The notes beneath the pieces were generated by a model that was not told where the DNA came from, searched no databases, and worked only from the letters and a program-made list of their open reading frames with translations. From Octopus bimaculoides (taxonomy: Eukaryota): a DNA stretch of 34,704 nucleotides. The stretch covers positions 45,872,943-45,907,646 of the forward strand of contig NC_068981.1 in the NCBI RefSeq assembly GCF_001194135.2, read 5' to 3'. A program made the translations under genes and the position numbers. Shown here piece by piece: positions 25,545-34,704 of this stretch (position 1 is its first letter; every line of letters begins with the position of its first letter).

Positions 25545-27282
25545 TTTATTTCATGGAGTTGGCCATGAAGGCTGTACATAGAGGGGACAGCACAAGGTGG
25601 GAGCAAAAAAACAAAAACAAAGAAAACGAATGGAATAGATGAATTGAATATAATGAAAAAAAAAAGGGAATGTAGCCGGTCGGCCCATCCTCAGAGCGAC
25701 TTCATTCAACCTGTTAAAAGAATCATTAAAAAAAAAATATTTATATGAATTACCATTGATAATGTGTTTGTGACACCTAGTTGCCACTTTTTGGGAAAAT
25801 GTCTGTCAATTTCCTTTAAAATGTAACCACGACTTACCCTTTTAAGTATTTTGCTGGTGTCCATTTTCGTAACCAACCAATCGAAATCAGTTTCTTCTTC
25901 GTAATTTATCAATCCTGAGTCCGCCACTGCACAGAAAACGTCCTCGGGCAACCCTCCTACCTTTGTTATGTCCACTTCTATTGCATTTTCCCATGACTTT
26001 AAGCCGTTGCAAAGTCCTTCTTTATTTGTTATATAATATAACAAATGTATCCATGGCCCAGGGTGGGGAAATTTGGGGGCTCCTGTGTGTTTATGCTTGT
26101 GTTTATATCATGCGAGGTTTGGGGAGGGGTAGTGTATGTAGGGGTGATTGGTGTAGAGTGGGCGTGAGTGGGATCCGGGTGGGTGTTGTTTGGGGTTGTC
26201 CTTTACCACGTGTGTCCTCTTTCTTCTCTTTTTTTTCTCGCCGTTTCCCAACTGGTGGTTACCTCCTTTTTCTCGACGCTGGCAGTGGTCTTTGTCTGTG
26301 GTGCCGCTTCACACTCCTTCTTGTGCTTTTCCTCAGTCTCCACGGGCCAGTTGAGCACCAATCACATCATCACTCTCTTGACTTTCTTTAGTCTTCACGA
26401 ATGGTGGAGTACGATCTGCTCTAATATGGCCTTTAAGGCCACATTTATATAACCGCGAAATCCTCCCTTCCACTCTGATTTTCAGCGTCACGTCTGCGAA
26501 CGTAATTGTTTCCATGATATGTTCAATATATTCTGGGTTAATATGTACTACCATGTCCAGACACCGTCCTTGCCAGTTTCTGTAGGGTTTTCCCCTGGCT
26601 TGCAGGACCACCACCTTCTCTTCCATGCCTAGCAGTATAGCTGCCACCAGACAAACTAGATTCATTTTTGGTGGTATGTCTTCTGCCCTAACCCTGGAAG
26701 CACGCCTCCCAAGGTATACGCGTAGAAGTACCGCTTCGGTTTTTAATGGTGTGGCTAAGTGCTGTCTGGCGGTTGCTGCATCCCGAAACTGCACTTCCAC
26801 CGTTCCGTACTTTCTTCCGCTAGCAAGGTAGGATATCTCTTGCCAGAATGGCCGCAACACGTTTTCAACCTGTGCCTCCGACACCACTTATATTTTTTCT
26901 TATTGCCACCTCGTATGTTCTGTAAACAATCGTTCTCTCTTCCTTAGCTTTTAACACTTCGTTCTGTGACGAGATACTTTCATGTCGTTCCTCTCCCTTT
27001 TAATTATTTCCTTGTACTTGCTCGGCTCTTCCAGACTTATGTCTTCAATTTTCCCCTTTCCCGCTGCAGTGTAATTCCTTGTTTCTATTACTACGTCAAT
27101 TGTGTTCAAACATTTCACCATTCCTTCCTCACATGACACAAATTCTAAAGAAGAATAGTTAAATTCTTCCCATCTAACCATACCACACCCCTCCGTTAAA
27201 CCAAAGGAAAAACCGCCAAGACATCCAAAGGCCAAAAACACACATGTATCTGAAACAAAGCGAACAATCGAAATGAACAGCG
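25545..27282 (-). mobile_element. Non-autonomous Tx1/L1-like retroelement carrying only a disrupted ORF1 (gag-like), a T-rich 3' UTR and AATAAA
   Basis: ORF 26333-26887 has an RRM-like segment (KYGTVEVQF) and a degenerate zinc knuckle (RLYKCGLKGHIRADR, from CxxCxxxGHxxxxC). Upstream (26951-27241) and downstream (25706-26044) frames look like the N- and C-termini of the same protein. No APE or RT follows. A T-rich UTR, a hairpin and AATAAA (25545-25550) end the unit. Confidence 0.65.
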
Positions 27283-27300
27283 CACAGCCACTCCTACACC
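27283..27300 (-). mobile_element. Putative detached 5' head of the family A SINE
   Basis: Minus strand GGTGTAGGAGTGGCTGTG ends in the first part of an A-box (TGGCTGTG). It would join aagaaacttgcttccc at 25546 to restore a SINE head. The consensus is from my recall and cannot be verified inside this window. Confidence 0.5.
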
Positions 27301-27304
27301 TCTA

Positions 27305-28695
27305 ATCACCATTCAAAATAGCGATTAGAGGAAGTGAAAGTAGCAGAGGACTATGGAAATTTATAGGTGATTAGTTCCAAGAACGGTAATTTCACTATGC
27401 ATAGTTTAAATTAAATTCTGTTGTACTATTATCTCCTATCGATATATATTGGGGGAAATATATAATTTGTGATAGGAGAATTTTCGTAATATTTATATTA
27501 ATTTAGTTATTAATTATTTATATAATATATTCAACTATTGTAGAGATCAAGAGTTTGTGATGATGAGAATCTAGGTGGTGGCGCTTCAGTATTTCATTTT
27601 ACCGCAAGTAAAATTACTTTGGTGTCTACATTTACTCTTCTTTTTATTGTATGTGTTTAGTAATTGACTCTAGAGTCTAAAAGTTTCAGAAATTCTGTTA
27701 TACATAATAAACACATTTTGTTCTCAATATTATATGAGTAGTGTCTACCTATTATACTCCAACTAAGGGTGTAATCACATTTTCTAGATTTCAATTCCCA
27801 TATATATTTACTTAAATCTATGGAATTACTTAAATTAAAAGTTTCAAAGTCTGGTCGTATTGAGAGAATGTTTTTTTTTTATTTCATTAGCCGTAGATCC
27901 TATATAAACCTCATTTATATTTCTCTTATTATTGTTCTTAGAGTTTACTATACATTTATAAATTACGCTATCAATATTACAATTGTTAGAGAGCTTACAT
28001 TTAGTCTTATCACGACATGTGAATTTATCTATATGTGAATTAAGACTTCCAACAATATCGGTTATAATATGGCTAGAGCTATTATTCCTTGTGCTACTAT
28101 AATAATTATGTAATTTCTTATTATTTATAGAGGAAATGATATTAGTAACATTTCTCGATGTTGAGTAACCCACTGTTGCGATTTTATTAGAAAATATATT
28201 TGAATAAATAAGGTCCTTATTAAAAGACACTTTTATCATTTTTAGTGTCTCCTTACTAATATTAGTCATCACTTCAGCCCCATATTGAATAATTAAGCAT
28301 ATAATATCCTATTTATTTGAAAAAAAATATATTATCATTGTTAGACAGTATCGGTAAGAAAGCAGAAGTCTTATAGTTAGGTATATTATATCTCCGCTTG
28401 TATAATTAACTGTTTCTTATTGATTATATTAGCCTTATCAATATTACTATTATTATTGTACTCTTTAATAATAACTCTATTTTGGTTTTATTTATTTAGT
28501 TTCTTGTATTGACTTTTATAATTATTCATATTTTTTGCGGTTATTAGGATTACCGGTTATGTTCTTAAATTTTCATAATAATTAATGAATTTTATATTAG
28601 TCTCATATCCTGCTTCTTTTAGCGCTTTAATATAATATTGGGCATGTTTATTAAAAGTGTCATAATCAGAGGATAACATAGATATTGTAGTTGTA
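27305..28695 (-). mobile_element. Penelope-like element (PLE), 5'-truncated: RT C-terminal region, GIY-YIG endonuclease and 3' UTR
   Basis: Minus strand reads TISMLSSDYDTFNKHAQYYIKALKEAGY, DIICLIIQYGAEVMTNISK...IFSNKIATVGYST, CRDKTKCKLSNNCNIDSVIYKC...VYIGST (GIY-YIG), then IWELK...LSWSII and KCRHQSNF. This is the canonical PLE C-terminal order. Confidence 0.9.
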
Positions 28696-28848
28696 TACTG
28701 CCAACTTAACGTGACAGTCCCAATAAGGGAATATTCTCCTGCTATTTAGCCCTAGGAAGCTGGACCGCTACCTGTCGGCCTTGACACATTTCCTGTGTCC
28801 TTATGTTTGCGAGGGGGAGACAAACTCCTCCACCCAGCCTAGCCTGCA

Positions 28849-28891
28849 TTCAGGGACATGTTTCTGAGTCTTTGCTCGTCACCAGCCTGAA
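28849..28891 (-). ncRNA. Minimal type I hammerhead ribozyme motif, probably inactive in this copy
   Basis: TTCAGG-CTGGTGA-CGAG-CAAAGA-CTCA-GAAAC-AT-GTC-CCTGAA. Features: perfect 6-bp stem I, core CUG(G)UGA, GAG/CUC stem II, GAAA, palindromic ACAUGU stem III, GUC cleavage triplet. Same strand as the PLE ORF. Confidence 0.7.
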
Positions 28892-29112
28892 ATAGTTCAA
28901 TGTATTATATAAATAATTAAATAAATAAATAATTTAAATAATACGAAATATCAGAAATTAAATATATCCTTCAACATATTTGGATAGAAGATAATAATAG
29001 AAGATAGTTTAATTTAAACTATGCATAGTATAATTACCGTACTTGGAACTGATCACCTATAATTTCCCTTAGTGCTCTGCTATTTTCACTTCCTCTATTC
29101 GCCCGTTTGAAT
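28891..29112 (+). repeat. Inverted copy of the PLE 3' UTR (inverted pseudo-LTR); partner at 27311-27540
   Basis: Reverse complement ttcaaacgggcgaatagaggaagtgaaaatagcagagcactaagggaaattataggtgatcagttccaagtacggtaattatactatgcatagtttaaattaaa aligns to 27311-27416. Looser similarity extends to about 27540. Confidence 0.9.
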
Positions 29113-29420
29113 GACAACCTGATTCTATCAAATGGGATATGTATGCTTATTTTTCGCATTATTTTCCACATTTAACCACATACATTTTTATTCTGTTGTA
29201 TCCTTTTATATTTCATATTTGACATTCTATACTTGACTCCATAATTTTGATATATGTATAATAATTTACATTTATGATTTATAATTTTCACTTCTTAATT
29301 TCGTAAAGTTTATTTATTTTTATTTTTTTAATGTTTAATTATTAATTTAACTCTTAATTTTGAGGTGATTTTGTTGTTGGCGTCTTCGTCGTCGTCGTCG
29401 TCGTCGTAATCATTATCATT

Positions 29421-29600
29421 AAAATGCTTTGCGCTATTTCGTCCGTCTTCATGATCTGAGTTCAAATTCCGCCGAGGTCGACTTTGATTTTCATCCTTTC
29501 GGGGTCGATAGAATACGCCTCTGTTCAGAACTAGGGTCGATGTAATCGACTAACCCACTACCACGAAACTACTGGCCTTGCGCCAAAACTTTGAAATCAT
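29421..29600 (+). mobile_element. SINE family B, head truncated
   Basis: B-box-like GAGTTCAAATTCC, then gaggtcgactttg...ggggtcgata...gggtcgatgtaatcgact...ggccttgcgccaaaactttgaaatc; similar to 14795-15003. Confidence 0.72.
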
Positions 29601-30579
29601 TATTATAATTATTTCCATTTCATTTCACACAGCTCATGATTACACATGCTCCGGCTAATTCTGTAACAGCGAGGAACAGCTAGTTGCCAATGGTCTCACA
29701 GTTTCTTATACGGTATTCAACATTTATCTTCCAATCTCAAAATCATCGCTGTTCATAATAAATTGTTTCCTGATCCTATTCTCTCCCCTTGGGAATTCCA
29801 ATTTCACCATCGAATTTCTTAAACCTCATTGTTACGACTATCACAACGTCAGTTTCTTTATTACCCACATTCGTGCAATCTCATCTTTTAATGGATTCTA
29901 TTTATCATATTATTACTTTTTCTAGTTGGTTTTGGGATGTAAGAACTCGTTTATCTTATGTTTTTTTTCTTGAATACGGTTTGAGAAAATGCACTGTTAT
30001 ACCCTTAACTCAAGAGTGTGCATATCTTTGATGAATCATTGGTATGTGTTCGATTTTGTTCATTAGCAATGTGGCTAAATGAATGCAATGTGGTTAAAGC
30101 CCTGATAATATAATGTCTTCTGTTTTAAATGAGTCAGGATGAATATCATTAAGAAAATAGAAAGGCAAGTTAAAGTCGACCGCACTGCAACATTTATTTC
30201 CGGTGCTAAAGTGAAAAGCAAGCAAAACATCATATAATTTTAAAATGTTACTTGAAGTTCAAGATAAATGATAGAAATAAACGCAAAACATAGCGTCAAA
30301 ATTTTGGTTAGATATCTCTCCTTGCTAAAGCTGTAAAGTAGTGTAAACTGCTTTCGTGTCGAAGACCAAAACTCGCTTGCAACAAACACACCTCTCTAAG
30401 GAATTAGCTGGAAATAAGGGTCCAGTAAATAGCTGATGTTGGAATGCTTCACAAATGTATATCGTTAAGGCCAAAATCTATATACAAAAGCAAACGGACA
30501 CAATGTGGATAGCTAAAGGTAATGATTGAACGTGCGTCTGCTACAGTTCTGTTAGAGGGCAAATCTGATTATGTACGGC

Positions 30580-30910
30580 TGATTTTTGTTTAGTAAAGTT
30601 AGTTTTAGGTCCAGTTCGATGTACCTTATTTTCTTACTTTTTTTTCAATGTTATCTGTCAAGAGAATTTGTTTCTGTAGCTGTTGTGTTAGTTTGGTTCT
30701 GTTATACATCAGTATCCCTCTATCTGATGGAATCAAATTCTTGCAGTCGTGTTTGTATGAGGCATGCCTTCGAAAGATCCTCAGTAGCTCTTTGTGCAGA
30801 AACTTCATTCCCTCTTTAACACTGACTTTGCCATCATACTCAGTAATATGTGTTTTCAGGTTTTTTCGATGTCAATTTCCTTCCACTTGGACTTATTGAA
30901 ATTAAAATTC
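30580..30910 (-). mobile_element. Possible CR1/L2-group LINE fragment (EN-RT linker)
   Basis: NFNFNKSKWKEID...LLRIFRRHAS...NLIPSDRGILMYNRTKL resembles the post-endonuclease linker of CR1-like LINEs. No catalytic motif is present. Confidence 0.35.
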
Positions 30911-31131
30911 ATAAAGAGTGAGTCATATCTGATGTTATTTGCATGTGTTGCATTCTTTGGATGATATACAGATAGATGTAAATAATATGTTGTAGTCGGA
31001 AATGGCGGCTGGAGTGTCTTGAACATTGCGAATGAAATCTTTGTTGGTGGGTGAGATTAGGTCGAACATCTTATTTTCCCTTATTCGGGTGGGTATGCGA
31101 AAGTTTTTGGTGCTGCGTTTCTTATGCTTGC

Positions 31132-31167
<36 letters not shown>

Positions 31168-31189
31168 AAGATAGATAGATAGATAGATA
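31132..31189. repeat. (GATA)n microsatellite
   Basis: Directly visible. Confidence 0.97.
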
Positions 31190-31985
31190 CTATGGCTCCG
31201 GGCATCTTGACAACATCAGCATGACCTGTAGCGCATATACTGTCAGTTTCTGACTCTTTCTATTTTTCATGTTGGACTTTTGCTCATGAAAATATAAATA
31301 ATGTTAAATTCTTCCCTTTCGTTCGGTATAAATCTCGATATCTTCACTATCTAGATATTACACTTTTGTACCATAATGCACAGCACTCTCCTCATGTATA
31401 TAAGTGAGTGTGTGTGAGTGTGTTTATGTGTGAGTGCGCGCGCGTCCGTTTGTGTGTGTTTATCAGGTGTGAAGTGGAAAAATGAATATAGCGCATTTAC
31501 ATTATTAATTACAATTGCTTCTCTACCATTGTGCTTCTGCGAACTTTGTTCGTAACCGATTCCAGGTGAAATTATATGCAATATTTTCCACTGAGTATTC
31601 TGAAGAAGCAATTTATTAGAAGAGCATCAACACGTGCATACGTGTATTGTGCCAAAACAAATATATAAAAAATATAAAGTTGCGACAATTTTATTCTTCA
31701 TGTTATTATTTGCATTCTATGTTATGGCCTGAAAAATTTACACACTGCTTTTACCTGGAATTTCCAAACTGAAGACACTTAGTTATTCTCAAGGCTCCCA
31801 TTAAATGCGCTTGTAGCTGAGTTCCTGCTAAGAAATGCTTTAGGAATTCACAGATAAACTCAGACACACACACACACACACAAATATATATTTATAAAAG
31901 TATATATGTATGTATATATGTATGTATGTATGTATGTATGTGTGTTTATAGATATTCAAACATTCATACATGTAATATAAAAATA

Positions 31986-31986
<1 letters not shown>

Positions 31987-32036
<50 letters not shown>

Positions 32037-32059
32037 ACAAATACACACACACACACACG

Positions 32060-32082
<23 letters not shown>
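31987..32082. repeat. (CA)n microsatellite
   Basis: Directly visible. Confidence 0.95.
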
Positions 32083-32091
<9 letters not shown>

Positions 32092-32098
32092 AACTTAT

Positions 32099-32691
32099 TT
32101 GTTAATACAAATTCCGTGTGTTGCGTTCCATTATTTGATAAATGAAAAAAAAAATGTAACATACATGACATAACATACTGAATGTAAAAGTGAACGGGAG
32201 ACAAATAGAAGGTCCGTAATTGTTCATCAGTTATCGACCAATTGGTACTCTTAAGCTTCACTCCTTCCACCATAACCACTAGGCCATATGCCATAATAAT
32301 AATAATAATAATAATTATAATAATAATAATAATAATAATAACATCGAATAATACCTTCGGAATGAGAATCCAAGTTCGAAATTTCGCCAAGACACATGAA
32401 GAATGATTGAGGGTATATCAGCCGAAACCTTGTGTTAACAACAAACTAGATGTGGACAAATATCCCTGGAATTTAAATAATGTAAATAATGTAAATATTG
32501 CACATAATTCCGCATCACTTAAATATAGAATTATATAATATACTTGTTAATAAAATTCTGGTGAGTTGCGTTCCATTACTTGATAAATGCAAAATGTATA
32601 AACAAACGCCGAAGCGTATATGGAATGTAAAACAAACGGCAGACAAACACTAGCTCCGTATTTCTTCATCAGTTATCAACCAATTGGTACT
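32099..32691 (+). repeat. Diverged ~150-bp direct duplication (32099-32249 and 32544-32691)
   Basis: Shared blocks in the same order: ttgttaata.aaattc, gttgcgttccatta.ttgataaatg, gaatgtaaaa...aacgg.agacaaa, tccgta.tt.ttcatcagttatc.accaattggtact. Confidence 0.85.
32341..32530 (+). mobile_element. Possible PLE pseudo-LTR fragment with a decayed hammerhead-like motif
   Basis: GACAC-ATGAAGA-...-CAGCC-GAAAC-CTT-GTGTT at 32391-32436, located after an (AAT)n tract. The family assignment relies on recall. Confidence 0.35.
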
Positions 32692-32942
32692 GTTCGGTTA
32701 CGCATCTTTAACGATAACACTGAGTCCTTCCCAATTTCTTTTTTACTGAGGATGTATGTATATATGCATGTATGTATGATGCAGTTCTAGGATGAGAACT
32801 TAGCATGAAGTTGACATACTTTCCAATGGCCTCTTTTTAAAATTTCCGGAAATCAGACTAGTAAGATAACAGGATTAGAAATATTTATACGGTAAGCAGT
32901 CCCGTGTTTCATCACCCTCATCTAAGTAAAATTAAAGCCCTT

Positions 32943-32991
<49 letters not shown>

Positions 32992-33086
32992 TAAACCTTG
33001 GGAGAGGCATTATGCCGGTAATAAACACACGCACTGGTTCAGTCATTTATTAATTTATATAGTTTTTTGTTAAATTATTTCATTTC

Positions 33087-33703
33087 NNNNNNNNNNNNNN
33101 NNNNNNNNNNNNNNNNNNNNNNNNNNNNNNNNNNNNNNNNNNNNNNNNNNNNNNNNNNNNNNNNNNNNNNNNNNNNNNNNNNNNNNNNNNNNNNNNNNNN
33201 NNNNNNNNNNNNNNNNNNNNNNNNNNNNNNNNNNNNNNNNNNNNNNNNNNNNNNNNNNNNNNNNNNNNNNNNNNNNNNNNNNNNNNNNNNNNNNNNNNNN
33301 NNNNNNNNNNNNNNNNNNNNNNNNNNNNNNNNNNNNNNNNNNNNNNNNNNNNNNNNNNNNNNNNNNNNNNNNNNNNNNNNNNNNNNNNNNNNNNNNNNNN
33401 NNNNNNNNNNNNNNNNNNNNNNNNNNNNNNNNNNNNNNNNNNNNNNNNNNNNNNNNNNNNNNNNNNNNNNNNNNNNNNNNNNNNNNNNNNNNNNNNNNNN
33501 NNNNNNNNNNNNNNNNNNNNNNNNNNNNNNNNNNNNNNNNNNNNNNNNNNNNNNNNNNNNNNNNNNNNNNNNNNNNNNNNNNNNNNNNNNNNNNNNNNNN
33601 NNNNNNNNNNNNNNNNNNNNNNNNNNNNNNNNNNNNNNNNNNNNNNNNNNNNNNNNNNNNNNNNNNNNNNNNNNNNNNNNNNNNNNNNNNNNNNNNNNNN
33701 NNN
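33087..33703. other. Assembly gap; other gaps near 1867-2245, 2798-2807, 4015-4370, 4991-5000, 7654-7851, 18160-18856 and 23777-23849
   Basis: N-runs, nearly all bordered by simple repeats. Confidence 0.97.
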
Positions 33704-34704
33704 TATATATATATTTATATATATGTTATATATATTACATATATATTTGCAAACACGCGCACATACACATATACACATGTATGTATTGATATTCATAGAC
33801 GTACATACATAACTACACGCATACATAGAGACTCAAACGCACGCGTACAGGCAAGTCAAAAATTAAAAATAAGTATTAACGAATGTCATAAGGACGTACA
33901 GTTGTAATGCATTAACATGTCGCACGGTGTAAGATGGAAAACAAAAAAAGAGTCGGTGAATAACATTTCGAACACGGCTCTGCGTCAGAAAGTGGAGGAA
34001 AGAAAAATCCAGGCAAAGATAAATAAAATGTCCAAGAAAAGCACGCGTGAGATTACATGTTTGAAGTAACGGGTGCCTCTGTGTAGGTATGCAAGCATGT
34101 ATATATTTGTATATTTTCTATACTACTCAGAGCGCATAATGTCATTTGAACAACAATACGAGAATGTTTCCCTGCATTGCTGTTGAACCTGAAATTCATA
34201 GTACCCACAAACAAAATCGAATATTTTGCTTCACTTTCAGAATTATTACTTTGCTATGAATGTAGTTAAATTCATATACCGACTAGATAGATCAGTGGCA
34301 AATTAAAGATTGACCACGGGAGAATGGAACCCGTAATAAATTAATGCTCATTAAATGTACATTTCGATTGACACACGGCTAGAATAGTCCCCTTATTGAA
34401 AGTTATGTCGGTGTGTGGCGTAGGAGTAGCCGTGATAATAGCTATGATTGCTTAAATGTTATTCGGCATGTTGATATTGGTAATGTTTTGAAGTATTCAT
34501 TTCAATCCAATTCATATCAATGCTCGCTATTCGTTTTGAAGAAATGCGCGGAACAAAGCCACCTGTATTTACTATATGATACTGAGAGAAATATGGGGCG
34601 TTTCATTGGAAGTACATCGAAAGGAATTCTACTGCTACAAGGTCCTTATATACATACATATTGATATACACGAATATATATGTAAATATATATATATATA
34701 TATA

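Noticed and set aside
32220-32680. C/D snoRNA suggested by TGATGA in both duplicated blocks (minus strand)
   Set aside because: No downstream CUGA D-box or terminal stem at a suitable distance.

Overview
AT-rich eukaryotic genomic DNA from a gapped draft assembly (N-runs almost always abut microsatellites). No host protein-coding gene is recognisable, and most ORFs in the track are artefacts of microsatellites or N-gaps. The SINE and LINE repertoire resembles what I recall from octopus genomes; that assignment is inference, not verified. The window is a graveyard of decayed mobile elements: three R4/Dong-clade LINE fragments at TAA/TTA microsatellites, a Tx1/L1-clade ORF2 fragment, a mariner with an internal inverted duplication, several tRNA-derived SINEs, and weaker hAT- and CR1-like remnants. 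A nested stack at 24.9-29.1 kb contains an inverted SINE pair, an ORF1-only Tx1-like element that appears to split a SINE head, and a Penelope-like element (RT C-terminus plus GIY-YIG). That element has an inverted copy of its 3' UTR and a minimal type I hammerhead-ribozyme motif. I see no intact novel gene system; the best leads are the hammerhead motif and the ORF1-only element.
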